A stretch of 64,000 bases of DNA from a virus: positions 263,296 to 327,295 of IMG/VR virus record IMGVR_UViG_3300028800_000001; one strand, written 5' to 3'. This document shows, one piece after another, positions 25,984-33,648 of the stretch. Within the stretch, counting starts at the first letter, position 1. Each line of letters starts with the position of its first letter. The position numbers and the translations under genes are program-made. Below the pieces are notes generated by a model that was not told the origin of the DNA, did not search any database, and worked only from the letters and a program-made list of their open reading frames with translations.

Positions 25984-28560
25984 ATGGCACTAGCACTCGC
26001 ACCGCGACCATATCAGCAAGAAGCATTTGATGCGATTATGGCACAGAATATCAAAGCATTGGTGAAGCTCCCGACAGGGTGCGGGAAAACTTTGTTGTTC
26101 CCGATGTTGGCAAGGCATAAACGTTTTAGCAAAAAGATAACGCTTATTCTGGCAGAGCACGAAGAACTGTTAGAACAGGCCCGTGATAAGATTTTGCGCA
26201 TGTACCCCAATGCTGACGTTGGTATTGTGGGCTTTGGGAAAGCGGAGTGGGACCATCGGATAATTCTAGGGGGCGTGGATACGCTTTCCTATTCAAAGCG
26301 CTTAGAGAAATTGGCAACGCTGGATATCGGGTTAGTTATCTGTGACGAGTGTTTTCCGGCAGGAACACTTGTTGACGGGCGTCCTATTGAGACGTTGAAA
26401 GTTGGTGATACTGTCACGGCGTTTGATGAGAAAACGCAGACGTTTGCACAAAGACGTATCACTTCTGTCTCTCAGAAGTCGGCAGTAAGACTTTTAAAAA
26501 TTATAGTAAATGGTGCATCGGTAGTATGCACGCCAAACCATCCATTTTACACTGAATCTGGATGGAAATATGCTGAGAACATTTTGGTAGGAGAGAGAAT
26601 ACTGTATGCAAATCTTACTAGCAACGTGCCCGATTTGCGAGCAACAATTTCCGGTGTTGGAAAGTCACAAGCGAATCAAGTTCAGGAAAGGAATTCCAGT
26701 GTTTTGCTCACCAACATGCACAAAGATTGCAGTCTCAAAGATGAATTCAGAGAGAATGGCGAAGACAAACAAGAAATATGCTTCGCAGCGTATGAGAAGA
26801 AACAATCCGATGCGCAACGAATCTTCGAGAAAGAAAATGAGATCAACTTTGGTGGCAATGGGACATGTTCCGAAGATTCGTGGGGGCAACGGAAAAGGAT
26901 TAACAGTTCCGCAGCGGCTTTTGTTCGAGAGACTTGGTTGGGAACCGAAAGAAACTATTGTGAGAACGAACATAGTGAAAGCGGAGAATCTAGAGCGGTA
27001 TCCAACACATTACAAGGTGGACATTGGCAACGAAGCGCTGATGATAGCTATAGAAATCGATGGGGGGTCTCATTATTCGATAATGAGGAGAAAACAGGAC
27101 GCGAAGAAAACGAAGTTTCTTGTTGGAAGAGGGTGGACGGTATTGAGGTTTACGAACCAGGAAGTGATGGAACATTTGGAGGATTGTGTCCAGGCGGTTC
27201 AGTCTACAATTTTGAAGTCGAAGACCTCCATACCTATACAGCAAATGGCTTCGTAGTTCATAACTGCCATCATGCGGTCACCAAGAGCTATCTAGATATC
27301 TTTGCGGCCTGCAAAAATGCTTTTTTGTATGGCAATACTGCAACGGTGGATCGCCATGATCAGCGTGACATTACGGCTATCTTTGGCCCACCGGTTTACA
27401 GTAAATCTATTAATGAAATGATTGATGCCGAATATCTTTGTGGCATCGTTCCTTTTACTATTCGAACACAGAACACCATCAATGTTGCGGTTTCTGCAAC
27501 CTCTGGTGATTATAGTGAAGCGCGGCTGGAGCAGGCCGTCAATCGAAAGGATCGTAATGATTGCATCGTTCGGGCGTGTTGTGAAGAAAAGTATGGTGGA
27601 CCTGATTTGCCTACTGTTGTCTTTTGTGCTGGTACGCAGCATGCGAAAGAGCAGGCTTTGGCATATGTTCGAGCAGGAATACCTGCCGCGCATATTACGA
27701 TGGATGTTCCCAAAGAAATTCGTGAACAGCATTATGCTGATTTTGCTACCGGCGCAATTAAAGTCCTCACCAATGTCCAAATTCTTACTGAAGGATGGGA
27801 CGCGGATGTACGAAGGATTGTGTTTGCCCGTCCTACAAAAAGTCGCCCTCTCTTCACTCAAATGCTGGGGCGCGGGACTCGTATCGCTCCTGGTAAGGAA
27901 GCTTGTATTCTCTTAGATTTTACCGACAATTATCTTGACCATGATCTTGAGCCCTGCACACTAGAAGATGTTCTTGGTGTACCAGTACGCGAAGGGGTGG
28001 ATTGCCGAGAGGTTATTCGTAAAGAGAAGGAGGCCAGTGGTGGCGCGGTTCCTGAAGACGGTGAAGAGAAGAAAAAGCGTGAGAAGCAGGAAATTGACGA
28101 GCGCAACAAACTGGTTGAGAAGCAGCTCACGTTCCGCTACAAGTGGCAGCAGGTGCAAGGTGGCGCATACATTGCCACCGTTGGCGATAAGCGTGCCGGA
28201 GGCGATTTGATCCTCTACCCATCAAAAGCCGGTGGTTATATCGTCGGGGTCTCCTATAAAGAAACACCAATGGCAAAGCAACCAAAAGAGGTGGTGGTTG
28301 CAAGAAACGTGCCGCTTTCCTGGGCTCAATCAATTGCAGAGCAGCAAGGGAAAAACTTGCAACTGGGCAATTATCAATTTATTGATCCTGATGCTCCCTG
28401 GCGGAAAAGTAAGCCATCGCAGGCGCAACTTGACCAAATCAAAATGCTTTCAAAAGCAACTTATGGGAAAATTCTTCCAAAGAAGAATATGACCAAGGGT
28501 GAAGCTTCAGAACTGATCTCTAAAGGGTTTGCGCTCTTGCAGCAAAAAGGGAGAAAGTAA
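25984..28560 (+). CDS. SF2 DExH-box helicase interrupted by an intein in motif II (858-aa precursor)
   Basis: Motif I LPTGCGKT. Motif II is split as LVICDE|C...intein...HN|CHHA, restoring DECHH after splicing. Motifs V/VI ...VLTNVQILTEGWDA...FTQMLGRGTRIAP. C-terminal ~200-aa extension. Confidence 0.75.
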   Translation: MALALAPRPYQQEAFDAIMAQNIKALVKLPTGCGKTLLFPMLARHKRFSKKITLILAEHEELLEQARDKILRMYPNADVGIVGFGKAEWDHRIILGGVDTLSYSKRLEKLATLDIGLVICDECFPAGTLVDGRPIETLKVGDTVTAFDEKTQTFAQRRITSVSQKSAVRLLKIIVNGASVVCTPNHPFYTESGWKYAENILVGERILYANLTSNVPDLRATISGVGKSQANQVQERNSSVLLTNMHKDCSLKDEFRENGEDKQEICFAAYEKKQSDAQRIFEKENEINFGGNGTCSEDSWGQRKRINSSAAAFVRETWLGTERNYCENEHSESGESRAVSNTLQGGHWQRSADDSYRNRWGVSLFDNEEKTGREENEVSCWKRVDGIEVYEPGSDGTFGGLCPGGSVYNFEVEDLHTYTANGFVVHNCHHAVTKSYLDIFAACKNAFLYGNTATVDRHDQRDITAIFGPPVYSKSINEMIDAEYLCGIVPFTIRTQNTINVAVSATSGDYSEARLEQAVNRKDRNDCIVRACCEEKYGGPDLPTVVFCAGTQHAKEQALAYVRAGIPAAHITMDVPKEIREQHYADFATGAIKVLTNVQILTEGWDADVRRIVFARPTKSRPLFTQMLGRGTRIAPGKEACILLDFTDNYLDHDLEPCTLEDVLGVPVREGVDCREVIRKEKEASGGAVPEDGEEKKKREKQEIDERNKLVEKQLTFRYKWQQVQGGAYIATVGDKRAGGDLILYPSKAGGYIVGVSYKETPMAKQPKEVVVARNVPLSWAQSIAEQQGKNLQLGNYQFIDPDAPWRKSKPSQAQLDQIKMLSKATYGKILPKKNMTKGEASELISKGFALLQQKGRK
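26350..27264 (+). other. intein (305 aa) inserted in the helicase DECH box
   Basis: N-terminal Hint blocks CFPAGTLVDG...KVGDTV and CTPNHPFYTESGW. C-terminal blocks VYNFEVEDLHTYTANGFVVHN, followed by the +1 Cys. Boundaries come from codon arithmetic, with C123 at 26350. Confidence 0.7.
26606..27256 (+). CDS. nested out-of-frame gene inside the intein: Zn-finger + DUF559/Vsr-like PD-(D/E)xK endonuclease (216 aa), putative homing endonuclease
   Basis: Frame +2 relative to the helicase. N-terminal CPICEQQ...CSPTC. C-terminal KVDIGNEALMIAIEIDGGSHY...RRKQDAKKTKFLVGRGWTVLRFTNQEV matches the DUF559 core (vDf..klaIEvDG..H...D..R...L...GW.VlRF.n.ev). The helicase/intein frame stays open across the same 651 nt. 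Confidence 0.55.
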   Translation: MQILLATCPICEQQFPVLESHKRIKFRKGIPVFCSPTCTKIAVSKMNSERMAKTNKKYASQRMRRNNPMRNESSRKKMRSTLVAMGHVPKIRGGNGKGLTVPQRLLFERLGWEPKETIVRTNIVKAENLERYPTHYKVDIGNEALMIAIEIDGGSHYSIMRRKQDAKKTKFLVGRGWTVLRFTNQEVMEHLEDCVQAVQSTILKSKTSIPIQQMAS

Positions 28561-28866
28561 ATGCTTATTGGAATGTATCCAACGCTACTCAATACACAGG
28601 GGCTTCCGGTTTCGGTGTCCCTGTTCGAGTTCCTTGCCAGTGATTCGCTAGAGGAATTGAAACCATTTGCTGTACAGGAGGCGCAAGAGAAGAACAAACG
28701 TCAGTTCATTGCGCTACTTGGAGGTCGTTACGTCCTCATTGATACCCATTGGCGCGCAAGCGAGTACTTTCAAGCGTGTCCCATAGTAGCGCAATTTGCA
28801 AAAAGTGGCAAAGAGACCACACGAAAGAAGAAAAATCATGAGAATAAAAATTACCAAGTGGCTTGA
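28561..28866 (+). CDS. hypothetical protein (101 aa)
   Basis: ORF track. ATGCTT start overlaps the helicase stop. Confidence 0.3.
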   Translation: MLIGMYPTLLNTQGLPVSVSLFEFLASDSLEELKPFAVQEAQEKNKRQFIALLGGRYVLIDTHWRASEYFQACPIVAQFAKSGKETTRKKKNHENKNYQVA

Positions 28867-29350
28867 AGTGAACATGACCGTAGAGGTGGAGGATGAAGAG
28901 GAAGCAGCGCAACTAGCAGGAGAAATCAGCGCACAGTCGCCAGTATTGGAGGAAATGCACTTACTTGCGTTTAACTATAAAACGGTTCCGCACACAACAG
29001 CATTTACGAGAGAACTGGTACTGGAGGCAAACGAAGCACACATGGATAAGACAGTGCGATTACCTGGGATGGTGATGACACCGCCCATTGATAGCAGTTA
29101 TTGGCTCTTTCGGGTGCAGCTCTATAAAGATCAGGCCATCGTAGGCTTCAAGAAATTTGGCACCATCGGCATTGGGTTTGCAAGAGAAGAAGATTGGAAT
29201 ACGAACTTTCCTTGTAGTTGCTCAGTTGAAGAAATTTATGATCATATTGAGCACAACAAAGAATACGAAGAGATCAGCAAAGAGGAAGTGCTAGAGGCGA
29301 TCACATTGGTGCGTGATGCGGCTCTGGAGTATCAGAAACAGGAATGCTAG
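28838..29350 (+). CDS. hypothetical protein (start adjusted to MRIKITKWLEV, 170 aa)
   Basis: An RBS-like GAAAGAAGAAAAATC precedes the ATG at 28838. Confidence 0.4.
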   Translation: MRIKITKWLEVNMTVEVEDEEEAAQLAGEISAQSPVLEEMHLLAFNYKTVPHTTAFTRELVLEANEAHMDKTVRLPGMVMTPPIDSSYWLFRVQLYKDQAIVGFKKFGTIGIGFAREEDWNTNFPCSCSVEEIYDHIEHNKEYEEISKEEVLEAITLVRDAALEYQKQEC

Positions 29351-29649
29351 AGAGAGAAGATTTCACCTATGCGGAACGTTATGCGCTGCTTTCTCGTGAG
29401 GCCAACGCACTGCTTAGCACCTGGATGGATAGCCACGGCGACTTCATTCATACAGAAACGATAACCTGCTGGCATCTTTTGTGCTTTTTGGAGGACCATC
29501 ATAAGAGTGAGACGTGGTCCTTTGGCTACAATGGCGTGTACTGGTTTGTAGGGACAGAGGGGAGCGGCTTCTCAGGCCGCACACCATTTACGGCACTGTG
29601 GAGCGCTCTGGTGCTTATCCTTGAGAAAGAATTACGGGGAAATACATGA
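29344..29649 (+). CDS. hypothetical protein (101 aa)
   Basis: ORF track. Confidence 0.35.
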   Translation: MLEREDFTYAERYALLSREANALLSTWMDSHGDFIHTETITCWHLLCFLEDHHKSETWSFGYNGVYWFVGTEGSGFSGRTPFTALWSALVLILEKELRGNT

Positions 29650-29924
29650 CAGATATACATAATGCAACAAAAATACAAGAAGTAATGGAAGAAGAATACG
29701 AACGCGATTACGAAAATGGGCGCAAAACTTTTGCACGCGCTTACGCAGAATCGTCAGCACTCGGAGATTTTGAGACGGCGCTCACCACGGCCAAGCTTTC
29801 CGCAGAACTGCGCTATCGCAATTATCCGCATTGTAAAGAAACGATGGAGCGCATGTTGGCGTACGTCATGGGCCGCATGATGGGATGGAAAGAAACACAA
29901 GAGGAAAAGAATGAAAGAATTTAA
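29646..29924 (+). CDS. hypothetical protein (92 aa)
   Basis: ORF track. Confidence 0.35.
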   Translation: MTDIHNATKIQEVMEEEYERDYENGRKTFARAYAESSALGDFETALTTAKLSAELRYRNYPHCKETMERMLAYVMGRMMGWKETQEEKNERI

Positions 29925-30384
29925 ATATTATCAAACTACTTGTTTTTTTTGCGATGAACAGGAAACAGTGCGTGTCGTTTCAGTAAGACAACGTGGTACT
30001 GGTGCTGCACTGGCAACTGATGTACCACTAAGTATAAATGGTTTTGGGCTGACTGATACGTACGATGAGCAGACGCGCTGTAGTAGTTGCGGCCACGAAG
30101 CAGAACTTGAACTGTATGAGGTCTCAGGGCTGCGCATCCTGGTGGAAGAAGAGTATCTCAAAGACTATCAAAATGGACGCCATGAGTTCGAGACTGATTA
30201 CGGCCATGAATTAGAACTGACAGAGTATCCAACGCTCGGTGACTATTCCGCAGCATTTCCGGCAGGAAGAGTTGCCACCTTTCAGATCTATGAACACCAA
30301 TCGCCATCACTCGAATCGCTCTCGCGTGCACTCTGGTTTTTTACTGGCTGGATGCAACGTTGGACTGAAGTGGCAGAGGGGTAA
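29911..30384 (+). CDS. zinc-ribbon protein (157 aa)
   Basis: CFFCDEQ ... CSSCGHEAE Cys pairs. Confidence 0.4.
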   Translation: MKEFKYYQTTCFFCDEQETVRVVSVRQRGTGAALATDVPLSINGFGLTDTYDEQTRCSSCGHEAELELYEVSGLRILVEEEYLKDYQNGRHEFETDYGHELELTEYPTLGDYSAAFPAGRVATFQIYEHQSPSLESLSRALWFFTGWMQRWTEVAEG

Positions 30385-30458
30385 AATCTTCTGCCACTAT
30401 TATTTTTCGCAAGCCTTTTTTGCGAGAAAGAAAAAGATACACAGAAAGAGAAAAAGAA

Positions 30459-30776
30459 ATGAACTTCCTCGAACAATGTTTAGTAACCAATGGTCTTTTT
30501 AGTATGCCCCAGGAAATGATCCTCTGTCAGCGCCACGCACAGTTTCGTCGCATGCAAGGTGAACAAGTTATGGCACAATGCCGTCTTCAGGGCGGTATGT
30601 GCAATGACTGCATGCAACAGGGCATGATGAATAACAACGGCGGCTTCGGTATGATGAACAACGGTTTCAATCAGGGCTTTGGCGGTGGTGACACCATCAT
30701 CGAAGAGACTGTTATTCAAGAGACCGTGATTGAGGCCGATCCTTTTAATGATCCCTTCAACAATAACGGCTGGTAA
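30459..30776 (+). CDS. low-complexity Met/Asn/Gly/Gln-rich small protein (start adjusted to MNFLEQ)
   Basis: ...QGGMCNDCMQQGMMNNNGGFGMMNNGFNQGFGGGDTIIEETVIQETVIEADPFNDPFNNNGW. Confidence 0.35.
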   Translation: MNFLEQCLVTNGLFSMPQEMILCQRHAQFRRMQGEQVMAQCRLQGGMCNDCMQQGMMNNNGGFGMMNNGFNQGFGGGDTIIEETVIQETVIEADPFNDPFNNNGW

Positions 30777-30835
30777 TTCTTACCTGGAGTGAGGCGATTC
30801 TTCGCTTTCACTCCCTTTTTTTAAGAAGGGGAACG

Positions 30836-31078
30836 ATGAGTATTCTTCATTTTTGTGAACTTCAGTGGATGATCGACCAGCTTGAGATATGTGGGTATAA
30901 AGATTGTACTGAGCAGGTAAAACCTTATTATCAGGGAGAGTACCAGTACCTCTGTACGTTTGATCGACCGTTTGCAGAGCAGGACGCGGGGCCAATCTAT
31001 TGCCAGACGGTCAAAGATCTGGTAGAACTATACCGCAGTGTGATCGTACAAAAAGAAGTAAAAAAAGAAAAAGAATGA
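30836..31078 (+). CDS. hypothetical protein (80 aa)
   Basis: ORF track. Confidence 0.35.
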   Translation: MSILHFCELQWMIDQLEICGYKDCTEQVKPYYQGEYQYLCTFDRPFAEQDAGPIYCQTVKDLVELYRSVIVQKEVKKEKE

Positions 31079-31087
31079 GAAAAATAT

Positions 31088-31411
31088 ATGCCCAATCGAG
31101 AATTAATGGTTTCTCTTACCGATAGCGAATGGATGTCGCTGATTGACAAAGAGCGCGGTGGACTACCACCTTGTTGCGCGAATATTAGTGAACTTCGTGA
31201 TCAAATTATTCTCCTGGCACGTGAGGGCGGCAATCTTCCACCCTGGAATGGTATGGCCTATCTCAGAGCGTATCGGGTGTGCCTGGATGGTCATCCTTTT
31301 ACTGAGACACATTTTCCAGAACTATTAAAGTTGACGAAGGATGTTGCACGTAGTATGGGCGTAACACTTGAAGAGCTCGGTGCGTTTCCGCATGAGGGCA
31401 ACGGCGAATGA
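31088..31411 (+). CDS. hypothetical protein (107 aa)
   Basis: ORF track. Confidence 0.35.
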   Translation: MPNRELMVSLTDSEWMSLIDKERGGLPPCCANISELRDQIILLAREGGNLPPWNGMAYLRAYRVCLDGHPFTETHFPELLKLTKDVARSMGVTLEELGAFPHEGNGE

Positions 31412-31800
31412 CGACCATCATCCTTGGGCAGATCAGCAAGCGAAAGTATTATGAAGCCCACTACGGGCCTCTTTCTTGTTACACCATGACGGTGAAGTCG
31501 CTCCCAGGTATAGAAAACATCGCCTGCCTCACCCCCACGAAGGAACTTGTCTATGGGCACAAGGGCTATCAAGGCTACGAGCCGCTAGACGATGATGCGT
31601 ACACGGAGCGCTATATAGGACGCCTGAACGCACATATGCGCCAGATTCGTCTGTGGTATCGTGCCCTGGCTGCGCAAGAAACAGTGCTTCTGTGTTGCTT
31701 TTGTCGCAAGGGGGCATTTTGTCATCGCAAGATTGTGTATGCGCTCTTTGGTTGGCTCAACAGCCGTCTTGATCTTTCCTATACGCTTATCTTGGAGTAG
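31408..31800 (+). CDS. hypothetical protein with CCFCRKGAFCHRK Cys/His cluster (130 aa), possibly DUF488-like
   Basis: The C..C....FCHR pattern is reminiscent of the DUF488 family. Weak. Confidence 0.3.
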   Translation: MTTIILGQISKRKYYEAHYGPLSCYTMTVKSLPGIENIACLTPTKELVYGHKGYQGYEPLDDDAYTERYIGRLNAHMRQIRLWYRALAAQETVLLCCFCRKGAFCHRKIVYALFGWLNSRLDLSYTLILE

Positions 31801-31806
31801 TTGGTT

Positions 31807-33531
31807 ATGGCAGCACATTTTCTTCTTCCCAAAAACCGTGAAGAGATTCGTCTTTTTGGCGCGGGGATGGCATTTCATCTCGCGCTGACGGAATACATCA
31901 AAGAGGAACCAAAGACCATTGAGGAGTTACAAAAGGCCGCAGAATATGCTTACGGCGTCTTAGAGCAGAGCGCTACACGCGTTGGAAAAACGCTGAGCAA
32001 TGATGATGCAAGCGCTAAAGCGTTACTTCTTGAGGCATTCTTTTGGGGTTATCATCATTGTACACGTATGCTCAATGAAGAAGGTTCGAAGTGGGCCAAT
32101 CTGGTCAATCATGTCAAGAACACGAAAACAGAAGTAGCGCTGGATATTATTTTTACACAGCTACGTGCTGACTGGGAAATACTTTCTGCGACACTTCCAC
32201 GCAAAGATGATGAGTATACCTGTGCCTATTCGGGGTGTCATGATCCGATTGTGGCGATTGTACGCACCATCACGCTTAAAAATGAACAGGGCAGACCGTT
32301 TACCTTTAAGCTTGGCGGCTGCAATGCGCATCTGGACGCACTTGCGGCGCAACTACGTGATAACGGGAAACTTCAAGTGCTCTTAGAAGAGATGGCTCCT
32401 GAGATCTTTTTGACAAAAAAGATACTTGCGGCGCGCAAAGAGAAGTTGCTCATTGATCGCTTTCGCATTGCGCAGCGCTGGGACGAGAGTAGCGCTGAAT
32501 ATCGTGGAATGCAGCAACAATTTGGGGAACGCGGTGTGCAGTTCTCTTTTGCCTTTGTTGATGCCTACGTGGATATTGCGAAGAAGTATGAGCTGACACC
32601 ATCAGCCGGTGCTTTTGTCCTCAGTCTGCCACCCATTCCTTTTTATAGAGCGATTGCCGAAGCTGTGGACTTTGCAGAGCGTGTCTTCATTACGTTTGAA
32701 GAGCCGATAGAATCGCCCTATGGCGCATGTTCTGGCTACTCCTTTGGTGTAAAATCATTAGAGAATCTTCTCTATGCAAACCGCATTGTACCGCATTCTA
32801 AAGGGCAGTTAGAGAAGATGCGCGCTATTATGTTGCAAGAAAACAGCACGACGGTTGGAATTGATGCCTTTGCGGAAAGTGGGCTGGCGATCTGGACACT
32901 CTCGTTAGAGCTTCCTCGTACCATCGTTCCTGGTGCACCACTTCAACCCATTTACTTTATGACGCAAAGCTGGCAGCAGTGTACGAGCGGCGAGTGTGGC
33001 GACGGTAAACCGGTGTGTGCAGCCTGTACAGCTATCAACGCGTGGTATTATTCACTTTACAGCAATATTTTACGGCTTATTGCTGGCGACTACGCAATGG
33101 AAGAAGAATCGTCAGGTCAGTTCCCAATAAAGAGTCGCACCTCCAAGCGAAGGCAACCCGATAAAGAGAAGTATTGGAAGATACGCGACGTGGAGGTGAC
33201 ATATGAGTACCATGTAGTGAGTATGGACGCGTTACTCAAGAAGAGTAGTGTGGAAGCCCTGCCAATAAAGCAACATCGTGGTTCCTGGCTGGAGAAACTT
33301 GATCCTGAACACATCGTGTATGTACGCAAAAGAATTAGTCTCAAGAAGGGGAGAACACTCAAAGATCCCCGTTACCATAAATACATTTTGGCACACGGGG
33401 GTAATCCTGAAGAAGGATACACGATTGCGGTCAAAGACCATGAGAAACGCATACCAATGAAGCTTGAGACGCTGACAAAACTGGTAGAACGTGTGGAGGT
33501 CAAGGGGCCAACATTCTTGAAGAGGGAATAA
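31807..33531 (+). CDS. large hypothetical protein (about 575 aa)
   Basis: ORF track (starts at TTG 31801; first ATG is 31807). Confidence 0.5.
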   Translation: MAAHFLLPKNREEIRLFGAGMAFHLALTEYIKEEPKTIEELQKAAEYAYGVLEQSATRVGKTLSNDDASAKALLLEAFFWGYHHCTRMLNEEGSKWANLVNHVKNTKTEVALDIIFTQLRADWEILSATLPRKDDEYTCAYSGCHDPIVAIVRTITLKNEQGRPFTFKLGGCNAHLDALAAQLRDNGKLQVLLEEMAPEIFLTKKILAARKEKLLIDRFRIAQRWDESSAEYRGMQQQFGERGVQFSFAFVDAYVDIAKKYELTPSAGAFVLSLPPIPFYRAIAEAVDFAERVFITFEEPIESPYGACSGYSFGVKSLENLLYANRIVPHSKGQLEKMRAIMLQENSTTVGIDAFAESGLAIWTLSLELPRTIVPGAPLQPIYFMTQSWQQCTSGECGDGKPVCAACTAINAWYYSLYSNILRLIAGDYAMEEESSGQFPIKSRTSKRRQPDKEKYWKIRDVEVTYEYHVVSMDALLKKSSVEALPIKQHRGSWLEKLDPEHIVYVRKRISLKKGRTLKDPRYHKYILAHGGNPEEGYTIAVKDHEKRIPMKLETLTKLVERVEVKGPTFLKRE

Positions 33532-33648
33532 TTTCATCAACATTTAACAAAAGTACTTGTTTTTTCCTTGATTTTTGGGTACGCTTAACAAGCATTCGCT
33601 TTTGTAGCGCGTCCTTGAACTGTGAACAAATACTCAAGGGAGTTTTGT

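Noticed and set aside
26350-27264. Interpreting the intein as a conventional in-frame HNH or LAGLIDADG intein
   Set aside because: No LAGLIDADG or HNH motif appears in the intein frame. The only endonuclease-like sequence is in the +2 frame.
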